A DNA stretch of 63,986 bases, the filler included, from Dimargaris cristalligena (Eukaryota), in NCBI GenBank assembly GCA_003614675.1. It is 3 parts of 3 records of this genome, joined end to end, with 100 filler letters (N's around TTAATTAATTAA, not from the genome) between each part and the next. Parts side by side here need not be neighbours in the genome. Positions count along the whole stretch, not along the records: positions 1 to 21,516 come from ML002660.1; 2 more parts are not named here. The stretch is one strand, 5' to 3'. A program made the translations under genes and the position numbers. The notes under the pieces were generated by a model. It ran no database searches and was not told the DNA's origin. It saw only the letters and a program-made list of their open reading frames with translations. Positions 1 through 11,117 of the stretch are shown here, piece after piece. Each line of letters opens with the position of its first letter. Positions within the stretch are counted from its first letter, which is position 1.

Positions 1-223
1 GAGAACTGTCCAGACTGCCAAGAGTATCATGGTCAAACTCATTTATGGATCCAAGCACCAATGGGACCTTGTTCTGCCTTTTGTCCAGTACTGTATCAAC
101 ACCAAGGTCACCAATAGGCACAAGATGACACCTTTTCTGGTCTTCTTTGGACGTCAGCCTAACCAGCTTCGAGAACACCAAGCAGCTACCAAAGCACCCA
201 AGAGACTCACCACTTCATACTAA
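1..223 (+). mobile_element. Ty3/Gypsy-type integrase C-terminal remnant
   Basis: ORF 29..223 reads 'QWDLVLPFVQYCINTKVTNRHKMTPFLVFFGRQP', matching the W..L....A.N.....T..TPF...FGR.P motif after the integrase catalytic E. It is CpG-poor and abuts the LTR-like repeat. Confidence 0.7.
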
Positions 224-649
224 TCACTCAAGTGCTGATCTAAAGACTCTTCCAGCTACCATCAGAGTCTTCCAGATACTAACAGCTATCCAGTTAGCCT
301 ATTTATCCATAACTTAGTCTTAGTAGTATCCTTCCCCCAAGACCTCCCTCTGGAGTGGTCCCTGCATATATATAACTAGGCCCCATTGGGACTAGTTAGA
401 TTCCTTGGCTTATTTTTACACCTAATTTACCCCTAATAAACTCTATATATACTCACCCCCCCCCTTATACTGACTAGTAAGTGTGATAACTGCATCTCCC
501 TTGTATATACCTGCCATAGTCTTTACTAATTAGCACCATGCCCTGTACCTAATACTGGTAGCCTACTTAGCTGAACCTAAGCCCTACCTACCATTAGAAG
601 CCTATCCTCAGGACTTTTGATAGACTAAGAGTAGTTAACTCAGGTGACA
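205..649 (+). mobile_element. LTR-like dispersed repeat, copy 1
   Basis: Reverse complement aligns by eye with 57978..58415 and 63473..63830 (e.g. actcttagtc..gagtcc..aggata..ctaatggtagg). Ends in ...GGTGACA and follows an integrase remnant. Confidence 0.75.
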
Positions 650-777
650 TGTCTGATATTCTTTAGTTTGATAACTTTTTAGCTGAGACCTCTAAGTTAT
701 TGCAGAAACCCACTCCCAACCCAAGGTTTATCTGGGAATTAGTTAAACAGTGGTACAAACTAGCAACAGTGGAATCA

Positions 778-1949
778 ATGGTGGCCTTAACTGAGATACC
801 TCTAGAATTATTCAAATATACAAGCAATGACACACAAGGGGAGGGTGTTGGTGCAGCTTTCTAAGATCAGGCTGACCCCAATAGATAATTTAAACTATTC
901 CTGGATACCTGCCAGGGTAATTTGCACCTAGCCAGTGCTAATTGGAAATACATGGATGTAAACCAATGGAAGGATGTCCAACTTAAAGATGACCTGGGAA
1001 AGTTTGACAGTGCCATGTGCAAGATACCACTGGCTTTCGGCTTGGTCATGGTCCACTTTACTAATGCCCATACCTTGAAGTCACTGAGCATTCTCCATAA
1101 GCTCACCGGATTGAATCCCAAATACATTGATATGGGTGAAGTTCAGCTTGGCTGTATAAGGTTTTAACTGATATGTGCATGGGAAAATCGGTGGGATGTT
1201 TATTTTCAACCAGTAGTATTTGCCTCATCAAATGGATTTTTCGTTATACAGCCTTGTTAAACTACTCCCATATTATGATGGACTGGTTGCATCAAATGGG
1301 GGCCAAACTAGGCCTCGACATGACACTGGTGAGCAAAGAATACATGGCAACTAGACAAACCTTTAGAACCATAGTGAATTTATCTATTCAATTGGCCGTC
1401 GTACAGCTCTACCAGACCAAACAATATTCTGAGATTAGTCAATACTGGCATCTTTATGATGACTCTGCTTGGCCACCGCCGGTGGCGGGAGGCTTTCACA
1501 GTATTTTTCAGGATAGCCGAGTACAATCCGCTTGCCTATTCCTTACTCTTGCCACACTAGATAAAAACAATGAGTTAGTGCGCAAGCTCCTCCGGGTGTT
1601 AAAGACCAGTCCGTGGGTCCTAGGTCTAGGCTGCTATAAAAAGTTATTGGTCAAATTGGGTCTCCGCAAACAGGAAAGCTATATAGCCAACCTGGTCGAA
1701 GATGATAGTATCTGGTCAATTCCGACCAACGAAATTGGTTGCAGTATGTTTAGTATAGGGTCGCAATGGTTTCGCCTATCATCCCAAGGCAAACTGGGAA
1801 TTGGCCTTAATGTGGCGAAGTTTGTGCCGAAACTCAACAAGGGCGCATTTATGACAACTAACCCCGCTGACCATTATCCTATCCATATTCTGGCTTGCAA
1901 TGAAGGCAAAACCTCCCTATGGGGACGGGTCATTTCATCTTTATTCTAA
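778..1949 (+). pseudogene. Decayed lineage-specific protein gene interrupted by a MITE
   Basis: ORFs 922..1167 and 1173..1949 join in frame (..KYID-IMMDWLHQ..) if the 1134..1269 element plus one ATAT is removed. Two TAA stops lie upstream in the same frame. No family recognised. Confidence 0.55.
1134..1269. mobile_element. MITE copy A (136 bp, ATAT flanks)
   Basis: ATAT|GGGTGAAGTTCAGCTTGGCTGTATAA ... TTATACAGCCTTGTTAAACTACTCCC|ATAT, with imperfect ~26-bp TIRs. Homologous to copies at 21434, 46001 and 56208. Confidence 0.85.
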
Positions 1950-2668
1950 CTACCTAGCATATTCTTTAACGCCTTTACTTTTTCGGGTGTTCGATAGGTA
2001 TCGCTGGTTCCTCCAGCCCACTTAGTGTTTCCACGTTATTTTTCTTACTATATATGTGATTGCGATTTTTCCATGACTATTATTCATTTTATCGGTGTTA
2101 TTTAACCAGGGCTTTGAGTTTGGACAATAAAATAAAATTCCGGGTTTTTACAGCCATTACCAAATAATATATTGGCGGAAAATGCCTGTATGAATGGTTT
2201 TCAGAGTTCGTTCGACGATCGGAGATCATAAAACAATAGGCAAATAGTAGAAGGACTAGTTCTAATAACGTATTTGGGGGGGGGGGTCGGACTGCCCTAG
2301 GGAATCGTGGCAACTGGCTACTTGGTCTCCCCAAGGTGGCCCGAAGGACCGACGTGTCTACTAGAATGGGGAGGTGTTTCCCCACCCTCATAAGCCTCTT
2401 TGGTCACTTCAAGACTATAACAAATTTTATCACGCCAACCGTGTGTGATATTATTACCTCTCTCGGTCCTTGCGCAATTTATGGGCATCCTTGTTTCTCT
2501 TATACCTCTTATTCCCTGTCCTTTACTCTGTGGTTCTCCTCCCATTCATTGACCACCACCACCTCCCAACTCTTCGTCAGCTCCTCCGCCAATAACTCCC
2601 ATTCTTGCACCCTCTCTATCTACCCTCTCCCTACACCTCCACTTTTGCCAATTGCACCGTTATTCACT

Positions 2669-4221
2669 ATGGCGACCACTTCATCCGCCTTCGATACCCA
2701 GCATCAGGACATGATCCACGATGCCCAGATGGACTACTATGGCAAGCGTTTGGCTACCTGCTCATCCGACCGCACCATCCGCCTGTTCGACGTCCAGGGA
2801 GATAAGCAAACCCTGATTGAATCCCTCCACGGCCACGATGGCCCCGTCTGGCAAGTGGCCTGGGCCCATCCCCGGTTCGGACCCATTCTCGCTTCCTGCT
2901 CCTACGATGGCCGGGTCATCATATGGAAGGAAATTGAAGGCGAATGGGTGCGTGTTAAGGAACACCAGTCTCATACTTCATCAGGTAAGTCGTGGTTTCT
3001 CCCCAGGGCACCATGGATGGGGATGTACCTCCCCCCTCCCCATTCAATGGGGGCCCATCCATTGGCATGGTGTAGCTTGTTCCCCCTAATTCACCGGCAT
3101 CTACAGAAACTGGATACAGTTATGCTTATAGCAGTGTTCCTATCGCCCACCTATTACCCTGTCCCTATTATCGACCAATCCACGCTTATTTTATTAACCG
3201 GTGATGCCACTTGTCTTGTTTTCCTACCCTGACATGTTGCCTTCAACTCAGTTAACTCCATTGCTTGGGCTCCCCAGGAACTCGGCCCCATCCTGGCCTG
3301 TGCTTCCTCTGATGGCTACGTCTCTATTCTGACTTTCAATGGTAAGCTACCCCGCACTCTATTTAGTTTTCAGTTCCCCTTCTGGATATCCCTATTGGTA
3401 CTTTACTTCCTCCCCGAATCTCGCTGTGTGAATAACACCCACCTATCCCCGTATTTAATGCAATATCCGCCTTATTCCAATACTATTCCTCATACTCCAG
3501 CCGAAGAAGGCGCTTGGGCGAATAAGAAATTCATGGCCCACAAAGTAGGTGTCAATGCTATTTCGTGGTGTTCTCCCGTTCAGCCCGGTACGCTACTGCA
3601 GGGCAACAGCACGACTGCCCCCAACACAGTGAAGCGTCTGGCCACCGGTGGGTGCGATAACCTAATCCGGATCTGGGCGGCCCGCAACGACGAATGGGTC
3701 GAAGAATAAGTTCTGGAACACCATACCGAATGGGTGCGGGATGTGGCCTTTGCTCCCAATTTCGGACTCAGCAAAACCTTATTGGCCAGCTGTTCACAGG
3801 TAAGTTTAAGGCACTCGCCATATCTGGTTATGTATATATATATATATCAGTTGGAAAACCCCTAGGTTAGGTTATAATTAACCCAAGGCCTACTTGAAGC
3901 CAGTGGCACATTCGAATAAGGAGCCTTTCTAATGGCTCCAGTTAGGTCATATTACTAAACATTGTTGTGGAATATTGACATTTTGGACTGCTCATCATTT
4001 AGGACAAAACCGTCGTTATTGCCACTCACGACGCCGAGACTAATACCTGGACTAAAACCCCGCTGAAGGAAGGCAAATTCCCCGATGTGGTCTGGCGAGT
4101 GAGCTGGTCCCTCACTGGTAATATTCTGGCGGTCTCTTGCGGCGACAATAAGATCACCGTTTGGAAACAAAACCTAAAGGGTGCTTGGGAGTGCGTCGAG
4201 GAACTGCAAGAAAAGGTGTAA
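2669..4221 (+). CDS. SEC13: COPII/nucleoporin WD40 protein Sec13 (4 exons, in-frame TAA at 3707..3709)
   Basis: Exons 2669-2984, 3252-3341, 3501-3799 and 4003-4221 with GT..AG introns. Motifs: [82 protein letters not shown]. Confidence 0.95.
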
Positions 4222-5162
4222 CGCTAAGAAAAATCCCTTGATGTATCCCCTCCACATGTTCGTCCGACCTGTTTTTTTTTTCGCCTCCCTCTCATTGTCT
4301 GTGCAAATATATGTGCTTTATAAAGGGAGCTTTTCTACATGTCCTCCGATATTGTGCTTGTTGATAAACTGTCCCATTTTTCTTTCTCAGAAGGTGTTAT
4401 TGGCAAATGACATGTATACATCTGTGCAACTACAAGGGGCGGAAATGAGTTAACTACCCCATGGCTTGGCTGGCTCATTCTTAGGTCATTTCCGAAACAC
4501 TTGGTGTAATTGAGTTTACCGCTAGCAATGCCTAGTTGGGTATTCTTCAATGTGGCTACTTATTTAACATTTCAGTCTTCAGGACTAAACCAATAGTAGG
4601 CCTACCCGTCTGGCTGTGCCACTGGCGTAGATAATCTGCGACTCCGACCACCATTTGCTCCTGTCCACAGTTTGAGTTTTATCTTTATTTTTATTTAAGG
4701 GAATATTGTAATTATATCTCGGGAAATCTTGCCCGGAATTTCCGGTGACAATTTCCCAGTTTAACTTGAGACCAATGAATAGTTTCTGATTGCTTCACAT
4801 CGACCACTTCGTCGAGAAGTTGACTACTATTTCAAGGGTATCCCTGATTCTAATGAGAGATTGCCCGATTATATAATCCCTATTGCACTATTCAATCGTT
4901 TAGTTTATATTTTATATTATTAACAAAGGCAGCCCCATTTATAAGTCTCCTAGCTGTTCGGAACTACAAATGATTCATAGTCTAAAATGCTAACAATGTC
5001 CCTAGTTCCCAAAGACCTGGGGTCACTGGCGTATGGTACCCCCCCCCCTAGACATATACTCAGAAACATGTTAAACAAAATCATGTGATTGTAGCTGTTT
5101 TTTATATATAGTATTTTGTATAAATACGTATACAAATTTACCTCTATTCTCTTCTCTTTGTT

Positions 5163-6496
5163 ATGGTTTTTCTTGTAATACCCAATTTTTATCTACTTTC
5201 TCCCATCTCAAGTATGGTTCCTATTGATTACGATAGATATGTTAAGTACCTTACCAATAGTGACGCTTCTAGTCGCTATGACTCAGACTTAACTGCTGAT
5301 CAAAAAAAGAGTATTCGGACTTTGGCCTCCCAATATAGTACTTTCAATGGCGCACTGTATCGTATTGCCAATAGCAAACACAGAAGCTCCCGCCGAGTTA
5401 TCCGCGAAAGTGAAGTGGTCGAGGCTGTTGGTCGCTTTCACTCCAATCGACCGGGCAGCATTGACCATGGGCCCCACGATGCTACCATCAAAGCCATCGA
5501 GAAGGAACTCTATGATCCGAACCTTCGTCGCCATGTGGTGGAGTTCATTAATGCCTGCCCCGCCTGCCAACTGACCTCCACTGCCCCACCCCGCCAATCG
5601 GAGCCACCGTGTCCTGTCCGTGGCAATGGTCGACCTTGGAATTGTACTGCCGTGGATATCCTGCAACTCCCTGAAACGGAACGCGGTAATAGGTATGCCC
5701 TAACTATTTTGGACCTGTATTCCAAATGGGTCGAGTCATTTCCCCTTAATAATAAGTCCGCAGAATCGGTAGGTGATGCTTTGGAGAGAGCCTTTTGCGA
5801 TTGGGGAACGCCCAGAATCCTACTGTCGGGCCAGGGCCGCGAGTTTAACAACGACCTAATCGATGACCTCCTAGAAAAGCTCGAGATTCACCACCAGCGG
5901 TTTGCCGCCAACACACCGCGCATTAACGGGCAAGCGGGGCGGGCGAACCAAACCCTAAAGCAACAGCTGCAACGAATATGCGGAGTCGATTTGGCCGATT
6001 GGGATAAAGAACTACAGACCGCGCGAATGGCCATGAATCGGGTCACCCACTCCACCACGGGGCTTAGCCCATTCCTATTAATGCACGGCTGGGAACCGCG
6101 GTGTTCATAGGCCCTTCTTCTTCTACGGCCCCTAGTGAGATGGCCTCAACCGAAGAAGTGGTGGCTGCCTATGAACAACAGTTCATCGAAATGGCTAAAA
6201 CCCGCGAAATAGCATTGGCCAATATGGCTCGGGCCCGAGAACGCCAAATGTGGGCGCATGCCCTGCGTAATGACATGCTAATTACCGGGTCGGCCATAAC
6301 GGTGGGCTGTATAGTTAAGCTGTATAACCCGCGTAAAAGAGACATACAGGGCTACGCGGGTCGTTCCTATTTAGGTCCCTATACCCTTATCGAAATTGGC
6401 GAGGATGAGCAATGTACTTTAAAAAATCAGCAGGGTGTAATTCTTAAAAGCAAGCATCCTATTTCTCGTCTGGAAATAATTATTTCTGCCCCCTAA
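5163..6496 (+). mobile_element. Stand-alone Gypsy-like integrase (GIN/Ginger-like), catalytic D and E replaced by Gly, one frameshift near 6100
   Basis: HHCC zinc finger (FH...DHG...CPAC), rve core (AVDIL, ILDLYSKW, WGTPRILLSGQGREF, NGQAGRAN, SPFLLMHGWEPR) and a GPY module (YLGPY) in ORF 6101..6496. No gag, RT or RNase H fits between SEC13 and this ORF. Confidence 0.85.
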
Positions 6497-7009
6497 CACC
6501 AATACCGAAAGGTCTATTCACGGTTTTGAACCGGGTACTCGCCCTCTTTAGTTCTTTTACAAGATTATATATATATATATATAATATACATAATTTAAGG
6601 TCCATTTCTATATATCTGCTTAATATGCTAGGTGAAAATACGTTTTGGTTCCGGGTGTTAAAGTGGGGTATCATATGCCTAGCACACTGGCGATATGCCC
6701 ACACTCCTGGGCCCGGAATTGCAATAGCACGATCTAGCGATGTATTCGATAACTAGACAGGATCGGCAAGTGTTGGCTCAATGCATTCTGGTTATTAACT
6801 ATAAATATAGGGTAATGAGCTAATGTCTCTTAGGAGGTGTGTCGTAAGGTAAACCCAATGATTATGCGCACCATAGTCAGACGGGTGAGGTTCAGTTGTA
6901 GTTGTATACTATAATTGATCGCCCACAGCCAGTCGGTTGTTGAACGTGGCCAGTGTGCTCAATTGATCGATATCCGCTCGTCTTGGGAAACTATCGAGAC
7001 CGGCAACAA

Positions 7010-9651
7010 TTAGGCCCACTAGAAGGACATTTCAGTCGAAATGAAGAGAGGCAGCGGAAAATGGAACATACGCAATACAAACAAATAAATATATTAGTAT
7101 GAAAATGCATTGGGCAGATAAGACAAGGCAGGGCTCTCGGAAAAACCTGCAGCACTATCCCAGACCCTGGGGTTTCCCCAATACCTGTGTCGTATGGCTA
7201 GTAACCAATATCGAATGATAAACAAGCAGTAAGAGGGGATAAAGTAGCCTGTATTCCTCGGCAAACTCCCAGTCGGAAAATGTATGTATAAATAGAATAC
7301 GTCACTTATGGGTGCAATTATTGACTTACCAAATCACGGAGATAACGATGCTCCTGCATCCACTGGACCAGTAGTTTTTTGGCGTCCATTAGGGTGATTC
7401 CAAAATGTGGGTCGTCCTCGTTCTTTTCCGCCTGTACCAGAATTTCCGCCAGGGTTTCGTTGACGTCCCGGGCCATATTGAGAGCATCACCGCAAACGTA
7501 TATAATGGCGTTGTCATGGACTATGAGTCGGTAAATATCGGCCGCGTGGCGACGGAGGTGGTGTTGCACATACCTAGGATGCTCCGCCCCTTCGGTTGCG
7601 GGGGTCGGTGGCGACGACGGCGAGTAGCGACTGTATGCCACCACCAAACGGGACAACACACCGTCGCGTTCGTAGCCTTCCAGCTGGTCCCGAAATAGGT
7701 AGTCTTTGCGAGGGTCGCGGCAGCCATAAAATAGCCAAGTCTCACGCGAAGCTGAGGCAGGGGTCGATCGAGCCAACTGCTCCAAGAAGCCCATAAAGGG
7801 GGCGACACCGGTTCCGGGACCAATCATGACAATGGGCCGGGTGGGATCCCGGGTCAGCTGGAACCCGTGGTGGTTCGGCTTCAGGAACAGGTGAAGGGGT
7901 GCGGTGGGGGTGGGGAATGGGCGACCTAGGGAGAGCCGCTCCAACCAGGGGGTGCAAAGACCCTCCCGCTTAACGACCAGCGGGGCTGGTTGATCGTACT
8001 GAACCACATTAAAGACGAAGCGGAGGTCAAAAGTCGAATGGGAGGCTTCATCACCTTCTGAAGTGGACAACGACGGTGGGGGTGGGGGTGGAGCATTGGC
8101 CACGGAGTAATACCGGGGTTGGTGTGGGGGAAGCGTATCTAACAGGCGTTCCAAAGGAGGTTGGCAGCTGGGGAAAGTCGTCAAGATATCCAATAGAGTG
8201 GGGCGTAAGTCGCGGAATGTTGAGAAAAGGGTGGCCCCCTGTTTGCTACACAAGTATAAGAGCTGTTTCTTCTCCTCGGCATCCGCGGTATAATCCGCCA
8301 ACATACGAATGAAGGCCTTTTTGGGCACCGCCACCAGATCCAATAGATCGGTAAATATGGTTCGGGGTGACACTGGGCCCAGGTGGGAAAGGTAAGTGGG
8401 GATCGGTGTTGTTTCGGCCACGGGTGCGATCGTCAAGGGCGTATCAGCGGTATCGGCGAGTCCCAATCGGACCAGCAGGGCCCCAACCAATGGGGTCGGA
8501 TTAGGACAAATTACACCAAAGGCGTCACCGGGCCAAAAGTCGGCGGATTTTCCGGCCGCCGGAAGAGGTTGGAAAGTCAATGCTAGGGTAGTTTTGAGGG
8601 CATCGGGGGCAGTAAGATACTGTGCCTGGGTAATGCGGGCTTGAAAAACCTGCCCCGGAGCATGCCGTGAATAGAGAGTTCCCCGATCGACGGCCTGGTC
8701 CGAAGTTGGAGTAGCTGATTCGGATTCGGATTTGACTAACTGGCACAACATCGCTGGGACCCGCGGGGTCCCCGTCAAGCTAGACAGCTGGGCCAGGGGA
8801 GCAAAGTCGAGTGGAAGGTGGTGGCCCACCCAGACTGTATCCGAGTCTGATTCTGATTCCGTTTCCGGTGGCCCGTTTACCGCGGGGGAGGTGTTGCCCT
8901 CGGTGGCCGGGGCACTGATGTCTAACTCGGCGAGTTTTTCGGCCATAGGGTCGACTGGACGAACATCGGAGGAGGAGGAGGAGGTGGTGGTGGTAATAGT
9001 AGTGGTAGTAGGAGTGGGGACGGGAACCACAGTCTCGGCCGTAGAGCCTTTCGAAGTTCCCGGCAATACTTTTCCCCCGGATTTAGTCTGGCACACCTCG
9101 GCCAAGGGGGCCCACAGACCCGCGCACCATGGCTCCACCGTCTCTTCCAAGCCGGTAGCATCGTCAGCCAGGGCCCGGGGATAAAACGGCTTCGCCTGTA
9201 ACTCGCGCAGTTTCTCGTCCAGCCGTTTGCCGCCGTTGCAAAAGTTATCGTAATTCGTGTCCCCCAACCCGAGGAGGGTATAGCGCATAAAGGACCAGTT
9301 TTCGGACTGTTTTTTCGCGATGCGACGCAGGTAGCGCCAGAATTTGGTGGCGTTGTCCGGGGGATCGCCATCCCCGGTGGTGGACACGACGAACACATAC
9401 ACCGACTGGGGGTGGAAGGCGACTTTTTCGTAGTCATCCATGACCAAGGCCTGGGCTTGGTAGCCCCGTTGCTGGGCCTGGTCGAGAAGGTTGAGGGCGA
9501 TGGATTCGGCATTGCCCGTCTGGGAACCGTACATGAAAACGACGTCGGTGGCCCGAGGGCCGGTGGTGGAAGTGGCCATGGTGTGAAAAGAACGAATGCG
9601 ACGAAGAAGGCGTTGAAAAGGGGGAAGAGCAGGGAGGAGACAAGCGGGCAT
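7010..9651 (-). CDS. MTRR: Methionine synthase reductase (diflavin reductase); exons 9651(or 9579)-7330 and 7018-7010
   Basis: Flavodoxin motifs YGSQTGNA, STTGDGDPPDNA and LGLGDTNY. MTRR-like segment PKKAFIRMLADYT..LCSKQGA..FPSCQPPL..PRYYS, then IGPGTGVAPFMGF and IYVCGDA. Donor TTG|GTAAGT at 7329 and acceptor CTAG|TGG GCC TAA give the C-terminus RDLWA. Confidence 0.88.
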
Positions 9652-11117
9652 AGTGGGCTGGCTGGTTGGTAACGTGAGACGTGTATCAAAGCACCCAATA
9701 AAAAATTAGGCAGGGGGAGAGTATATTATAGAGGAAAAATCATTATCAGATTGCTGCTGCCGTGTATATCGTTCACGGGAGGTGGTGGTGGGGGATCCAG
9801 TCTAATTTATGTAACACTTTAAGTAAGGTGGTTTTTATTATACTGTTCTATCAATGGGATTGGCCAATTGGTAGAACGAACGCTAGTCACTTCTCATTGC
9901 GCTGGTAAAACGACTTGACGGCGCTTTCCAAAGGAGGCTGGTGATTTGCCTGCAGTACTATTTTATTTGGAAGGGAAACCTACACTTGCTGCGCATTTGG
10001 GGCTTCTTACAGTATGCCAATTACATTGCCCATTGGATATTTACAAGGATGCCCCTCCTCCCTTGCCGTGCCTCTAGGTGGGCGATTCTTATAGAACACC
10101 GTGGTGGCTGGGCCTTGATTATTAATGAGTTCGACCTGAACTGCCTACCAACTCGACAATGCCCCGGACATAATACAGGGTATTTTCATTCGCCCTTATA
10201 AGATAGGTAGGCACTGTGTCAATCCATATAAAATGAAGGCCGGGTATCTGATGTGCATGTGGGAATAATTATCGGAATAGAACGGAGGCTCGTCGATATT
10301 AGGTGTACCTCTGCGATGATTCCATTTGTCAAAGCTCAGCTAATTAATGTGAATATGAAATATCGTGCGATATAAAGCAGCCGGTCCTTTCTTACCAGCA
10401 AGGGATGTCCGGAGCCAATAGTCTTTTACCAATAAACTAATGACAGCTGTTCTGGAGGCTGACAGTCCAATGCCATTGTCCAAAGATAGCTGCTTCTATT
10501 CATTACATCAGCTGCGGTAGTTTTTATGACAGCGGTTCCCTGCCTCGAAATCCACCTACAGGGGCTTTCCAAAGGGCGTTGGCAATGTGACTTTTCGCGC
10601 ATTAATAACTAGCCACCTCTACTTCGTTCACGGTTTAAGGCCAGGGAGGCGCAAAGCAATTGTAGATAAATAAGGCCTAATCAAAAACTTGACAAATGGC
10701 TCCTTAGAGTGGGGCATCTGTTTATTAACACTTATAGGATAGATTGACTGGCTGGCTGCCTGGACCATGTGAGGCGGGAGGTCTCGTTGGGTATACGCCT
10801 AGAAAACTTTCCCAACCAATTGAAGCTGGCACTGAACGTATATGTCACGTGCACTAAACCAGGGTTAGGGTACAGGCTTTGTTCAGTAGGCTGTAAATAA
10901 CCAAAAGATAGTTTAGACTGGAGGCTGCGGGGCCAGCTCTAGGGAGGGCATCGGCAAAGGTGGTTTGAACTTTCGAAGCCTAGGTGCCCCGTATCGTATT
11001 CGGACTTCCATTTGCCACAGGGCCTTCCTTTTCTCGCCTACCCTTTTATTCACCCGGTCTACAACGGCCACCTATTTATTACTTATATATATATATATAT
11101 ATATCGCCTGTTCTCTA

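Noticed and set aside
2336-2668. N-terminal extensions of the SEC13 ORF (and of the SSB, CHS4 and MUS81 ORFs)
   Set aside because: Pyrimidine-rich 5' UTR or promoter sequence that happens to be open. Homology begins at downstream ATGs.
10845-10870. CACGTG and TTAGGG motifs in the MTRR/MUS81 divergent promoter
   Set aside because: Single short motifs expected by chance, and not a telomeric array.
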